Below are positions 1-13,939 of a stretch of 64,000 nucleotides of DNA, piece after piece. Where the stretch lies: the NCBI GenBank assembly GCA_964016885.1, contig OZ024741.1:213280001-213344000 (forward strand), in the 5' to 3' direction. A program made the position numbers and the translations under genes. A model generated the notes under the pieces. The model saw nothing but the letters and a program-made list of their open reading frames with translations, was not told the origin of the DNA and made no database searches. How positions within the stretch are numbered: position 1 is the first letter of the stretch; the number at the start of each line of letters is the position of its first letter. The DNA comes from Eledone cirrhosa. Taxonomy: Eukaryota.

Positions 1-293
1 AAGGCAAAGTTAACCATGGCGGGATTTGAACTCAGACCATAAAGGACCGTAACTCTTTACTGCAATGTATGGCGTCCGACCCTTTACCGATACTGCCAAT
101 CCCCCGCCCGTATATATCCCAGATATAATATAATTTTTTCTACTTTTGGCACAATGCCAGCAATTATCCCAGTGTATTACTGGTACTTTATTTTATCGAC
201 CCCGTAAGGATGAAAGGCAAAGTTAACCTCGGCGGGATTTGAACTCAGTCCATAAAGGGACGTAACTGTGCTGCATGGCGTCCGACCCTCTAC
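1..293 (-). mobile_element. Two copies of the dominant tRNA-derived SINE
   Basis: Reverse complement of the family consensus: A-box TGGCAGTATCGG, B-box GAGTTCAAATCC, central TTTGCCTTTCATCCTTACGGGGTCGATAAAATAAAGTACCAG, 3' end GTAGAAACAATT(ATT)n. Confidence 0.85.
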
Positions 294-546
294 AAAAGAC
301 AATGTGGTTTAATCCGTCACGCAAAGGGAAGTCACTCATCTATGTGATATGTATGAGTATATAAATATAACCATATACATATACATAAACATACATTATA
401 CAAAATAATGATTACATGCACACACATCTATGTGGTGAGTGTGGAAGGAAGGTGGCTGTGACAAACTATAGAAAACAACGAACAGCGTTCGCTACACCTG
501 TGTTTCTCATAATATAAATGTATACATATGCACACACACACACACA

Positions 547-584
<38 letters not shown>

Positions 585-765
585 TACTCACACACATATG
601 TGTGTGCATGGAATAATTATTTTCTCTAATGAGTCTGTTTATGTGTATGTTTGTGTAGATGTGTGTGTATATGTAATAATTATTTTTAACCAGCGTTCTT
701 AGATTGGATACACTTTTGTGATTGTCTGAGTGTATGCGAGTCTGAGTGTATGTGTGTGTGAGTGA

Positions 766-815
<50 letters not shown>

Positions 816-1104
816 CTGTGAGTGTGTGTGTGTATCTATGTCTGCGTGTATGTGTTGTCCAAGGAACCAAGTCCCTATGAGATGCCAGTTTGATTTCTGG
901 TTTGGGCGGATAGCACGGGGCTCAAGCCTTAGGTGTATTTTAAAGATGATGCGAACATGATTTGGGCAATGCTGATAGAATATTTTCCACAGCATGCTGA
1001 TAATGTATTGATCACGGCGGCTATGGAGAGAGTGGAGTTTGAGCTTTCCTGCGCATATCATATATATTTCTGTGATTGACATTTGATGTGCTTCAATTTT
1101 AATA

Positions 1105-1235
1105 CTTGTTTCTACTTTTGGCACAAGGCCAACAATTACCCAGTGTATTACTGGTACTTTATTTTATCGACCCCATAAGGATGAAAGGCAAAGTAAACCT
1201 CGGCGGGATTTGAACTCAGAATGGCAAGGGCCGTA
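1105..1235 (-). mobile_element. 5'-truncated SINE copy with target-site duplication
   Basis: SINE body flanked by the direct repeat TTCAATTTTAATA. Confidence 0.8.
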
Positions 1236-1729
1236 TTCAATTTTAATAATACTTTGTATTGTGTGGGGAGACCACAGTGGACAACATTATTCAATGTGGG
1301 GTCGGGAAAAAGTAGAGACGAGAACGATAATGGTATGGATATCTCTCGACTGGAAAGTTCTGAGAATACAGGAACACACCCTGCGGACCAAGTCAACCTT
1401 GCTGTTTATATGAGTGACTCAGCTTACGTTGTTATCAACAATTACTCAATGCTCTCTGATGTTGTTTGATGCCATGAGGGTTTCACACTAGGGAAGGGAA
1501 TGTGAGAGTTTCGGTGTATCCTCTTTTCCAAATTGGATTAATTTGAATTTATCATCATTCAGCAACATATTGTATTATTTTTTATTCGTCCAGTGAATTT
1601 CGGCAAGTAGATCTGATGGAGGACATTTCCAATCTCTCACTCCATTGTTGAGCTTCTGGAGATTGTAATCATCTGCAAATATTCTTATGTTGCTGTGCTT
1701 GATGACGTCAGTAATTTCATTGATCTAAA

Positions 1730-2228
1730 CTATAATAAAGTAAGGAGTGCGTGACTGCGTCTAGAATATAGTTTTTTTTTATCCCGTTTGTAAAATAAGT
1801 TGGATTACTTTGAATAAATAATGAATGAATATTACATAATGTATCTACTAAATTTCATTATTCTTGATTAAATATAAATAATTTTGTGGATTATTTTAAG
1901 GTTCATTTCTTTAAAATTCTCAACTGTCAAAACTTCCGGTTAGCGATCGCTTAAATAAACATTCATATATTTCCGTCACTAATTTTCTCCTAATGCAGTT
2001 TATATATAATATCGTCTTTTTTTAATGTATCATGGATTACGTTACTGATTACATAAGACAGTGTAACACAGTCTTCGTTCAATTTCTGTGTATATTGTCG
2101 ATTACGATTTTTTTTTATGTATCATATATACATGCATATATACTTGCGTATAATATCAATATACACACTACACATGCTAGCAGAAAACCACCCTTCGAAG
2201 GGTGGTTTTTCTGCTAGTATAGTTAATG
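1730..2228. mobile_element. Unclassified ~500-bp interspersed repeat ending in a strong hairpin (copy 1)
   Basis: Collinear with 59468-60376. Terminal hairpin TGCTAGCAGAAAACCACCC-TTCGAA-GGGTGGTTTTTCTGCTAGTA at 2175-2219. Confidence 0.75.
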
Positions 2229-2405
2229 AAGTAAAGTAGACTCTACACAGTGCCTTGTAGAACGCCATTACTGACTTTAGCTGGGCTCTATTGTACTCCT
2301 TCGACTACATGCTGTACTCTGTTTCTCAAAAAACAATTGATCTATTGCAGTATCTTTCCAAGACACCAATATTGGATAGCTTTTACAGTGTTATATATAT
2401 ATATA

Positions 2406-2446
<41 letters not shown>

Positions 2447-2477
2447 CATTTATGCATGTATGTTGGGTCACTCTTGA

Positions 2478-3010
2478 GTGCTACTGGTAACATGTAACCC
2501 AGTACAACCTGTCTCATGGTCGGGTCATCGGCGACTAAACCGGCAACCCCACCAAGTTTGCTTGGTGAGGAGGGTGATTTTGGACACTCTGCAGGACAAA
2601 AAACAAAACCGGACAAAGGGCGGAAGAACTCATAAGAGTGAACGGCCATCCGAAAGTGTGTAAATATGTATATACACATGTACCGCGCGGTTAAGCCACT
2701 GGGAGTGAACGACTCCTAACCTTTGTCAGGGCATTCTTCTAGGAGAAGGCAACTCAGGAAACTGGGATAACTCCGATATAAAACCTGCGGCTCAGTAGTT
2801 GCCGATGATGTTGTTCTTTTCTTCTTTTCGGGTTATAGCTACTGTCGCTCAGAGAGTGGGATTGGCTCAGTGCACTGTCTTACCTCACTTTAAAAAAATA
2901 TCTTCACGCAGAGGCAATGCACGATAGAATTAATTAATAATTATTAATCATGGTATATCGTGCAATGGCCATCCTGGATAACGAGGGGTCAGCCATCATC
3001 ATGTATGTAT
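2478..3010 (+). mobile_element. Non-autonomous retroposon, probably RTE-related, with (ATGT)n tail
   Basis: Homologous to 60590-61190 (-) and 61432-61660 (-). Carries CTAAACCGGCAACCCCA and CTAGGAGAAGG...AACTC motifs resembling RTE 5' UTRs, and ends CAGCCATCATCATGTATGTATG. Confidence 0.6.
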
Positions 3011-3015
3011 GTATG

Positions 3016-3071
<56 letters not shown>

Positions 3072-3160
3072 ATATTCCATTTATGTTATATATATATATA
3101 TTTATATTTTTTATTTATGGTATATATATATATATATTATAGACACACACACTCACACAC

Positions 3161-3225
<65 letters not shown>

Positions 3226-3559
3226 GGAACTGCGAACTAATAGAGTAAAAACGGTGTTCATAAATATTGTATATATAATATTCGTCGGTGTTGGATGATA
3301 TTCAGCAGGGAATACGGATTGGTATGAATGTCGCCAGTAGTCACAGCTACGAATATATTGTTAACATATGAGAAAACGATTCTTTGCAATACATTTGTCA
3401 GAGAAAGTTGGTGTGTTCTGAAGATCTATGTACATGGAAGATAATTCGATTAAACTAAGAACGGACACAGCACGACAGAAGGACATAAAATAAATACTAT
3501 ATTATCGCATAATAGCATGTAATTTTATGTGTCTTTCAGTAATTATAATGATATGATAG

Positions 3560-3613
<54 letters not shown>

Positions 3614-3807
3614 ACCATGACTCGAGCTACCTGCCGGCGAAATATTTGTAACACGAAATAAACCAAGTCCAGATGCATCACTGATTTTTCGTTTTCTTGA
3701 TAATATATATATATATATATATAATTATATGTTTGTGTGTGTATGGATTTGTACATCATTATATTCATATTATATAGCGGTTTACATCTTTATATTCATA
3801 TTATATA

Positions 3808-3997
3808 TGGTGGAGGATTGGCAGTACCGGTAGAGCGTCGGACGCAAGGCTTTGACGCATAGAGTTACGGCCCTTGCCATTTTGAGTTCAAATCTCGCCG
3901 TGGTTAATTTTGCCTTTCATCCTTACGGGGTCGATAAAATAAAGTACCAGTAATACACTGAGTAATTGCTGGCCTTGTGCCAAAAGTAGAAACAATT
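3808..3997 (+). mobile_element. Full-length SINE with TSD
   Basis: A and B boxes present; flanked by the direct repeat TTATATTCATATTATAT. Confidence 0.85.
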
Positions 3998-4022
3998 ATA
4001 TTCATATTATATATATATATTC

Positions 4023-4064
<42 letters not shown>

Positions 4065-4183
4065 GATGATGTAGAAATCCATTACATTTGGAACAATCTA
4101 TAATGTCCTTTCTTGAGATGTTTTTCGGGGCATTTCGGTTACTTTATATATTTTCTGAATTTTGTTTTATATTTCAATTTCTT

Positions 4184-4295
4184 GAAAGAAGAAAATCTTA
4201 TTCCGACCGAGACTGGATTTGGACTCAGAACAATTTCTTTTGATATTGTTCTGACTTCAAATCTAGTCTCGGTCGGAATAACGTTTTCTTCTTTC
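4184..4295. repeat. ~50-bp-arm inverted repeat (fold-back hairpin)
   Basis: GAAAATCTTATTCCGACCGAGACTGGATTTGGACTCAGAACAAT pairs with ATTGTTCTGACTTCAAATCTAGTCTCGGTCGGAATAACGTTTTC. Confidence 0.8.
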
Positions 4296-4405
4296 TGTCT
4301 TTCTTTGGTGGGTGAAATAAACACTCAGTCGACTGTTGATTACGATATAATAAACTTTCCCTTTCTCACAAATATGACTGACATTGTGCCTCAATCATTA
4401 TTATT

Positions 4406-4595
4406 TGTGGATTGGCAGTATCGGTAGAGGGGTCGGTCGTCATGCTTTGCAGCTTAGAGTTACGTCCCTTTATAATCTGAGTTCAAATTTCCACCGAGGT
4501 TAACTTTGCCTTTCATCCTTACGCTGTCGATGAAATAAAGTACCAGTAATTTACTGGGTAATTTGCTGGCCTTGTGCCAAATGTAGAAACAATTA
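4406..4595 (+). mobile_element. SINE copy
   Basis: Matches the family consensus from A-box to GAAACAATT. Confidence 0.85.
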
Positions 4596-5249
4596 ACATT
4601 GTTTGTCTTTTTCCTCATTCCGCTTCCGTCAATTTTGCTTCCCATTTCTTGCCGAGTGTCTTCCCAACATCTAGTGTAAAGAATCTTATTACATATATTG
4701 CTAATCCACCAAGAGGAGCCCACCAGACCAGATTGTTCCCGTCACGCACTTTACACTGTTACAGGTTTTATCCATGCTCACGTTATCTATGTTAAATCAT
4801 ACTTATAATAAAAAGATAATCAATCACTTATGAGTGCTCGATTATTTACAGCTTACATAGTAATGGTATATAATCCAATGAAGTTATGTACCAAAAAAAA
4901 TATATATATATATATATAAAGGATTATCATGTTCACAGCGATAGTCATCTTCTCAATAAGTGAGCCGTCCTATTTAAAACAATCTTCTGTACTTCTTGAA
5001 GAGAAGTTAATCCCGGGGTTCATTCTAAAATAATTTTCTGTTACTTTTGAATCATATTTTGTTCTTCTACAACCACTGATATTGTAATTGCCTTGAGGTC
5101 CAGCATTTTTTTTTTCAATATCAATGAGCAAATATTTATATTTTACAAGCTTGTCAAATTCTTTTGCCGCAATTTTCACAAAATTGCGTCACATGGGACG
5201 TTCATACCAATCAATAAACAGACTTCGTTATTTTGATTTGTTACAATAA

Positions 5250-5434
5250 TTGTTTCTACTTTTGGCACAAGGCCAGCAATTACCAGTATAATACTAGTAC
5301 TTTAATTTATCGACCTTGTAAGGATGAAAGGCAAAATTAACCTCGACGGGATTTGAACTCAGACCGTAATGGGGCGTAACTATGTTAGAAAGCATAGCGG
5401 CCAACCCTCTACCGATACTGCCAATTCACCGCCC
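5250..5434 (-). mobile_element. SINE copy with TSD TTACAATAAT
   Basis: Full family consensus on the minus strand with a flanking direct repeat. Confidence 0.85.
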
Positions 5435-5674
5435 TTTTACAATAATATCCGGTTTATTAGCCTTGGTAAGTTTGTCCATATGTACAGGATATCCCCAAAC
5501 ATTATTTCATTTTCTCTTTCAGTTACAGCCTAAACCACTTGCCAGCAGTTTTGATTTTATAAGGGACCAATATATTCTTATGTTGCTTTGGAGGAAGAAC
5601 AGTAAAGATTTTCATTTTCGGAAACCCTCCAGAGTTAGACGCCTTAAATGAATAAGAATTGTTGACGGCAGCAA

Positions 5675-6715
5675 AGATAACCCGGACAAGTCCAGGATTT
5701 TGCAGTTCAGAACCTGGAAAGGCAAATTTATGTCGTCAAACAGCGTTGTTGTGTGGTTTGGTCCGAACCACTAACTGGATAAAACTGAAACGAGGTATTA
5801 GGCAAGGTGGTCCCTCTCACTAGGTCGCGCAGAAGTGACGAACGTGTACATCGCTTCCGTCATCTATTACTGACTGCCGTGCCTTGCATCTGTTCACGCC
5901 TCACGAGATTGGAGCGCCTACTCTTTTACTTCTTGTCGAAGGGAGGGGTCCCACTGGTCAGGTGGTCAGTCCATCTGTTACCAACACATTTTGCCCAGGG
6001 AGCTAGGCATGCCGTGGCTGATGATGCGCAGGCATGTATTGAAGCTACTTCATCTCAATTTTTTTCAAAAACCAGTGAAGCGGTGTGGTCGCCATTTGTC
6101 AGGCACATTTTTTCGCAACTTGTCTCTTTGACTGGGCTGCAGTCTTAGGTCAAGCGAAGGCAAGGACTGGATGCCAGGCATCTGGAATGTTGTCAGACAC
6201 ACACAGCACCCTGTAGACAAGTACAACGATATTCTCGGGAATAATTTGAGCCGCCACGTAAAAGAACTAGCCAGATAATTCCGGAGAACTTTCGATCGAC
6301 ACATTCCTATTAAGTCAAGCTCTCATCAATTTTTTCAAGCTCCATTTGGAAAGGAAGGTGAGGGTGGAATATGAAGTGCTGCTCCCCAGTACATATGTTA
6401 AAAGGTAGGTGAATGTAACGAGGATGGACCAAGTGTGTCAGCCTGCTTTGAGCATAATTCTGTAGACTGACGAATGCAGAAAGAGGGGAGATGAGGCACT
6501 TGCCTATTTTGCTATTGGTGTTGAGGGTTGTATTGAGTCTGTGAAGTATTCAAATGAGACCTGGCTGCTATTCCCTCTAGTGGGGCTTTTCATCTGTTTC
6601 GAATTTTTCGTTGTTTCTTTGTTAATTGTTTTAATTTTTTGTACATACATCCTCACTATGCCCGTGTCTTGTATTGACCACGATGTATTCGGCCCTAGTG
6701 GCTCGTAAAGAAATC
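5675..6715 (+). pseudogene. Old degraded L1/Tx1-type ORF2 3' half plus 3' UTR
   Basis: Nucleotide similarity to the intact element: CCCGGACAAGTC, TTTGCAGTTCAGAACCTGGAAAGGCAAA (LQxxTWxGK), GTGTGGTTTGGTCCG (VWFGP), and 3' end CCCTAGTGGC...TAAAGAAAT as at 35249-35272 and 43587-43609. Many stops and indels. Confidence 0.7.
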
Positions 6716-6724
6716 GTCGCTATC

Positions 6725-7350
6725 ATTGACTTTCATTCTTACAGGGTCGATAAAATAAAGTACCAGTCGCGCACTGGGGTAGATTTAAACGACTTTCCCC
6801 TCCACCAAAATTGCTGGTCTTGTGCCTATATAAGAAACCAAGGGCGGTAGATTGACAGTATCGGTAGAGCGTCGGACGCCATGCTTTGCAGCATAGAGTT
6901 ACGGCCCTTTATGATCTGAGTTCAAATCCCGCTGAGTTTAACTTTGCCTTTCATCCTTACGGGGTCGATGAAATAAAGTACCAGTTACGGACTGGATTCG
7001 ATTTAATCGACTTCCCCCTCCCTCAAAATTGCCGACCTTGAGCCTATATAAGAAACCGTTATTGTCACTATTATTATTAAGGTTATGGAGGGCGGTGGAT
7101 TGGCAGTATCGGTAGAGGGTCGGACGCCATGCTTTGCAGCATAGAGTTACAGCCCTGACCATTCTGAGTTCAAATCCCGCCGAGGTTAACTTTGCCTTTC
7201 AATAAAGTACCAGTAATGCACTGGGTTAATTGCTGGCCTTGTGCCTAACGTAGAAACAATTATTAAGATTATGAAACGCGATAAAATAAAGTACCAGTAA
7301 TACACTGGGATAATTGCTGGCCTTGTGCCATAAGTAGAAACATTTATTAT
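6725..7350 (+). mobile_element. Head-to-tail SINE cluster (about 4 whole or partial copies)
   Basis: Repeated A-box/B-box/central-domain units joined at ATT-rich tails. Confidence 0.85.
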
Positions 7351-7629
7351 TAAGGTTATTATTATAGATTCTCCATTGGGATCATGAAGAATTTCAGATT
7401 AAATGAGGGCGGCAGTGACTCCTGCTGGCCACAACTGCTTTTCAACTTCTACCAGTCTTTTATTCTGCTATTCTTTTAATCTGCTACTCTCATTAAAGAA
7501 TCGGATACCAATGGATCATCAGAGAGGTTACTGATGCAATTTATAATGGCACCTCATCCATAAAACTTTGCTTAGAGGCAACTTACGGTAGATATATTGT
7601 CGTCGTTTGTGATGATATTCTTTAGTATA

Positions 7630-8135
<506 letters not shown>

Positions 8136-8799
8136 CTATACGTATACGTGCTATTTCAACTATATATCTTCGCCTTCAATTTTACTAGTGTTTTTTTTCT
8201 GCGTGTACTTCATTCTATCTTTGAAGCCTCTGTCAATTAATACATTCTTATAATAATGAGCAGCATTTCTGAAGAATTCTTTGTGAGAGACTAAACTGAA
8301 TATGCGCTTACACATATTATTAATTAAGATTAGAAGGATTATTGAGAAATGGTTGGTATTTAATGCAATCTCTCATTAGATTTAACCCTAAAGAGCAATT
8401 AACGAATAATAATGTAATTTTAAGAAAAAGAGATTACCCGACATTGAGTTTAAAGTGCAATGTTACAATTACTAACATTTGTACAGAAACACATATATGG
8501 TTATTTCCAAAGACCAACATAATTAAGAAACTGATGGACATTTTTATTATATATGTATATTTTTAATATACATACACATTCATACACACACAACCGTTAA
8601 ACTTAGAAACATTAAAGCTAAATGTAAATATTCTATTACGCATTCTGTTAACCAATAACAGCCACACTGTTCTATGAAATATATATATATATATATAAAA
8701 GCCAGCACAACTAAGAAACAGAAACAGACACACATCAAAGCTACCACAACGCATACAAGTATCACAACCCTCTAATACGCACATATATATATATATATA

Positions 8800-9115
8800 A
8801 GGAACACCTCTGATGTCGAATGTCCATGGGAATTACAACTAGAAAGTTACAGCTGTGTTTTTGTGGAAGACCAACAGTCACCATTGTATACCAGTGAACC
8901 CTTTCCGTGTCACCAATGTTTTCCAAAGAAAAGGCAATGGTCGATACAGCTTGGCACCAGTGATGTCGTAACTCCTTTCTATACCTGAATAAACTAGAAC
9001 CACGTGAAATTAAGTGTCTTGCTCAAGAACACAAAGCATCGCCTTGTCTGGGAATCAAACTCACAACCTCACCAGTGTGAATCCTACATTCTAGTCACTA
9101 AACCACGCGCTTTCG
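8800..9115 (-). mobile_element. Second tRNA-derived SINE family
   Basis: Minus-strand tRNA-like head followed by TGTGTTCTTGAGCAAGACACTT. Related copies at about 36975-37090 (+) and 60377-60572 (-). Confidence 0.65.
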
Positions 9116-9414
9116 CATAAACTTAAATCCCTATGTAATAAAGGCTGACCTAACAGAGATAGTTGGTTCGTTCTGTAGAGCACCAGATTAAATGGTCCGG
9201 TACTTTTTCTAGGTCTCTGTACTGAGTGCAAATCCGCTCTAGGTTACTTATGCTTTGCATCTTCATGGGGTCGATAAATAAAGTAACAGCCCAGAGATTG
9301 AAAATATTGCTAACGTCGGTCAACATACTTTCTGCCATATAGTTATGTCACTTTGTGTTCTGAGTTGAAGTACATTGAGCTTAGCTTTGCCACACTGAAA
9401 CCATTAATATTATA

Positions 9415-10290
9415 GGTCGAGGTTAGCTTTACCTTTCAACTTTACGGGGGTCTATAAAATAAAGTACCAGTAATGCACTGGGGTTGATTTAATCGACTTT
9501 CCCCTCCCCCAAAATTATTGGCCTTGTGTCCAAATCAGAAATCATTAGTGGATTGGCAGTATTGGTAGAAGGTCGGGTGCCATGCTTTGAAGCATAGAGT
9601 TACCTCCCTTTATGATCTGAGTTCAAATCCCGCCGAAGTTAACTTTGCATTTCATCCTTACGAGGTCGATAAAATAAAGTACCAGTAATGCACTGGGATA
9701 ATTGCTGGCCTGGTGCCAAAAGTAGAAACAATTATTATTATTATTAAGGGCGGTGGATTGGCAGTATTAGTAGAGGGTCGGACACCATGCTTTAACGTAT
9801 AGAGTTACGGCCCTTGCCATTCTGAGTTCAAATCCCGCCGAGGTTAACTTTGCCTTTCATCCTTACGGGGTTCAATAAAATAAAGTACCAGTAATGCACT
9901 GGCGGTAATTGCTGGCCTTGTGCCAATAGTAGAAACAATTATTATTATTATTAAGGGTTGTGAATTGGCAGTATCGGTAGAGGGTCGGACGCCATGCTTT
10001 CCATCATAGTTACGTCCCTTTACCATCTAAGTTCAAATCCCATCGAGGTTAACTTTGCCTTTCATCCTTACGGGGTTCAATAAAATAAAGTACCAGTAAT
10101 GAACTGGTGGTTATTGCTGGCCTTGTGCCAATAGTAGAAACAATTATTTTTATTATTATTTAGCTTTGCCTTTCATCCTTACGGATTCAATAAAATAAAG
10201 TACCAGTAATGCACTGGAGTCGGTTAAATCGACATTCCACTTCCCTTAAAATTGCTGGCCTTGTTCCTAATGTAGACACAATTATTATTG
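9415..10290 (+). mobile_element. Head-to-tail SINE cluster (about 5 copies)
   Basis: Successive consensus copies, each starting after the ATTATTA tail of the previous one. Confidence 0.9.
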
Positions 10291-10379
10291 TGTTGATGGA
10301 GAAAGAAAAGGAATATTTCCTGTGTTTCCCTTTGTGTCTTGGCTGCATTATTCATGAACATATTTTCATATGAATAATA

Positions 10380-10820
10380 GTGATGTGGATGATGGCGGTG
10401 ATGATGATGATGATGGTGATATTGAAGATGGCGATGATGATGATGATGATGAGGATGATGATGATGATGATGATGATGTATAAGATGATGATGATGGTGA
10501 TGATGATGATGTATAAGATGATGATGATGATGATGATGATGTATAAGATGATGATGGTGATGATGATGATGTATAAGATGATGATGATGATGATGATGAT
10601 GTATAAGATGATGATAATGATGTATAAGATGATGATGGTGATGATGATGATGTATAAGATGATGATGTATAAGATGATGATGGTGATGATGATGATGTAT
10701 AAGATGATGATGATGATATTGATGATGGTGATTGTGGCGTTGATGGAGACGATAAGGATTACGATTGTGATGACGAATGGAGACGATGATGATGATGATT
10801 GTGGTGTTGATGGTGATGGT
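10380..10820. repeat. (GAT)n microsatellite punctuated by GTATAA
   Basis: Direct inspection; explains the poly-His, poly-Met and poly-Ile ORFs. Confidence 0.95.
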
Positions 10821-11019
10821 GAGTAGTGGTGAAAGGAGAGACGCAACCGCCATCTTGTTTTCATCATCACTATGAACATTCTCTGTGAGTTCACTAATTT
10901 CAATACCCCCCCATCCCCCCATCCCCGCCCACTTTCCCACCCACTTCTCCACCCCGCCGCCTTAGCGTCCCAATAATTAAAACTGCGAAACAAATCAAAT
11001 ATGCAAATGAATATGTGAA

Positions 11020-13310
11020 GTGTTTGTATGTGTGGCAGAAGTGGGGGGGTGTTTGAGCGGGGGAGAGTTGGGGTGTATGAATGTGGCAGAAGTGGGGGTG
11101 TTTGAGTGTGGCAGAGTTGGGGTGTTTGAGTGTGGCAGAAGTGGGGGGGGGTGTTTGAGCGGGGGAGAGTTGGGGTGTATGAATGTGGCAGAAGTGGGGG
11201 TGTTTGAGTGTGGGAGAGTCGGGGTGTTTGAGTGTGGCAGAAGTGGGGGGTGTTTGATCGGGGGAGAGTTGGAGTGTATGAATGTGGCAGAAGTGGGGGT
11301 GTTTGAGTGTAGGAGAGTTGGGGTGTTTGAGTGTGGCAGAAGTGGGGGTGTTTGAGTGTGGGAGAAGTGGGGGTGTTTGAGTGGGGGAGAGTTGGAGTGT
11401 TTGAGTGTGGCAGAAGTGGGGGTGTTTGAGTGTAGGAGGGTTGGGGTGTTTGAGTGTGGCAGAGTTGGGGTGTTTGAGTGTGTCAGAAGTGGAGGGTGTT
11501 TGAGCGAGGGGAGTTGGGGTGTATGAATGTGGCAGAAGTGGGGGTGTTTGAGTGTGGGAGAGTTGGGGTGTTTGAGTGTGGCAGAAGTGGGGGTGTTTGA
11601 GCGGGGGAGATTTGGGGTGTATGAATGTGGCAGAAGTGGGGGTGTTTGAGTGTGGGAGAGTTGGGGTGTTTGAGTGTGGCAGAAGTGGGGGGTGTTTGAG
11701 CGGGGGAGAGTTGGGGTGTATGAATGTGGCAGAAGTGGGGGTGTTTGGGTGTGGAAGAGTTGGGGTGTTTGAGTGTGGCAGAAGTGGGGGTGTTTGGGTG
11801 TAGGAGAGTTGGTGTGTTTGAGTGTGGCAGAGTTGGGGTGTTTGAGTGTGGCAGAAGTGGGGGTGTTTGAGTGGGGGAGAGTTGGGGTGTTTGAGTGTGG
11901 CAGAAGTGGAGGTGTTTGAGTGTGGGAGAGTTGGGGTGTTTGAGTGTGGCAGAAGTGGCGGGTGTTTGAGTGTGGGAGAGTCGGGGTGTTTGAGTGGGGG
12001 AGAGTTGGGGTGTTTGAGTGTGGCAGAAGTGGGGGTGTTTGAGTGTAGGAGAGTTGGGGTGTTTCAGTGTGGCAGAAGTGGGGGGTGTTTGAGTGGGGGA
12101 TAGTTGGGGTGTTTGAATGTGGCAGAAGTGGAGGTGTTTGAGTGTGGGAGAGTTGGGGTGTTTGAATGTGGCAGAAGTGGGGGGTCTTTGAGTGTGGGAG
12201 AAGTGGGTGTGTTTGAGTGTGGGAGAGTTGGGGTGTTTGAGTGTGGCAGAAGTGGGGGGTGTTTGAGTGTAGGAGAGTTGGGGTGTTTGAGTGTGGCAGA
12301 AGTGGGGGTGTTTGAGTGTAGGAGAGTTGGGGTGTTTCAGTGTGGCAGAAGTGGCGGGTGTTTGAGTGTGGGAGAGTCGGGGTGTTTGAGTGGGGGAGAG
12401 TTGGGGTGTTTGAGTGTGGCAGAAGTGGGGGTGTTTGAGTGTAGGAGAGTTGGGGTGTTTCAGTGTGGCAGAAGTGGGGGGTGTTTGAGTGGGGGAGAGT
12501 TGGGGTGTTTGAATGTGGCAGAAGTGGAGGTGTTTGAGTGTGGGAGAGTTGGGGTGTTTGAATGTGGCAGAAGTGGGGGGTCTTTGAGTGTGGGAGAAGT
12601 GGGTGTGTTTGAGTGTGGGAGAGTTGGGGTGTTTGAGTGTGGCAGAAGTGGGGGGTGTTTGAGTGTAGGAGAGTTGGGGTGTTTGAGTGTGGCAGAAGTG
12701 GGGGTGTTTGAGTGGGGGAGAGTTGGGGTGTTTGAATGTGGGAGAAGTGGGGGGTGTTTGTGTGTGGGAGAGTTGGGGTGTTTGAGTGTGGGAGAAGTGG
12801 GAGTGTGGGAGAATTGGGGTGTTTGAGTGTGGGAGAAGTGGCGGGTGTTTGAGTGTGGGAGAGTTGGGGTGTTTGAGTGTGGGAGAAGTGGGGGTGTTTG
12901 AGTGTGGGAGAAGTGGAGGTGTTTGAGTGTGGGAAAAGTAGTGGGTGTTTGAGTATGGGAGATTTGGGGGTGTTTGAGTGTGAGAGAAGTGGAGGTGTTT
13001 AGTGTGGGAGAAGTGGGGGTGTTTGAGTGTGGCAGAAATGGGGGATGTTTGAGTGTCAGAGAAGTGGGGTTGTTTGAGTGTGGGAAAGTTGGGGATGTTT
13101 GAGTGTGGGAAAGTTGGGGGTGTTTGTGTGTGGGAGAGTTGAGGGTGTTTGAGTGTGGAAGAAGTGGGGGGTGTTTGAGTGTTTGAAAAGTAGTGGGTGT
13201 TTGAGTATGGGAGAGTTGGGGATGTTTGAGTATGGGAGAGTTGGGGATGTTTGAGTGTGGGAAAGTTGGGGGTGTTTGAGTGTGGGAGAACTGGAGGCTG
13301 TTTGAGTGTG
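11020..13310. repeat. G-rich minisatellite, ~21-23-bp units (GTTTGAGTGTGGCAGAAGTGGGGG / GTTTGAGTGTGGGAGAGTTGGGG)
   Basis: About 2.3 kb of alternating unit variants; explains the 809-aa ORF. Confidence 0.95.
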
Positions 13311-13939
13311 TGTGTGTGTTTGGGGGCGTGTGTGTGTCTGATAATATGTTTGTCTATGTGTGTGTTGAGGGCAAAGCGTGTGTGTGTGCGCGTGTGTGTG
13401 TGCGCGTGTTTGTGTGTGTCTGTGTGTGTGTTGAGGGCATGTGTGGGTTTGTGTGTAGCATGTATGCGTGTATGCGTGCGTGTGTGTGCGTGTTTGGGGA
13501 CGTGTGTGTGTGAATGATAATATGTGTGTCTGTATGAGTATTGAGAGCATGTGTGTGTATGCTTGTTTGTGTGGGTGAACGTGTTTAGGGCATGTGTGGG
13601 TATGTATGTATTATGTATGCGTGTATGTGTGCGTGTGTACATGTGTGGGAGTATGACTGTGAGTGTGTGTAGTGCTTGTATGTATGAGAGTTTAAGGAAA
13701 CAGATACATACACACGCAAAAATATATACACGCATACGCAGACATACACGCACATAGATACATACATGCACACATAGACACAACCAGACGCGTATGCAGG
13801 CATCCATATACACATACACAAACAGACATCTGTACACAGTGCCAAAGGTGCACATATACATACGGTCACACACACACATGTCTGTGACAAAACCTGTTTC
13901 ATTCGGCATCATTTAAACACAGGGTGCGCTTATGTGTAT

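Noticed and set aside
2478-2560. Possible HDV-like or twister ribozyme at the 5' end of the RTE-related element
   Set aside because: Some pairings exist (CCAGT/ACTGG, ACC/GGT), but I could not build a complete pseudoknot with the required catalytic residues.
9748-9845. tRNA gene calls for SINE heads
   Set aside because: A and B boxes are present, but no cloverleaf is evident and each head continues into the SINE body.
11483-13912. 809-aa ORF and other long low-complexity ORFs (10224, 21677, 35487, 35890 and similar)
   Set aside because: They are translations of mini- and microsatellites, with no domain signature or splice context.
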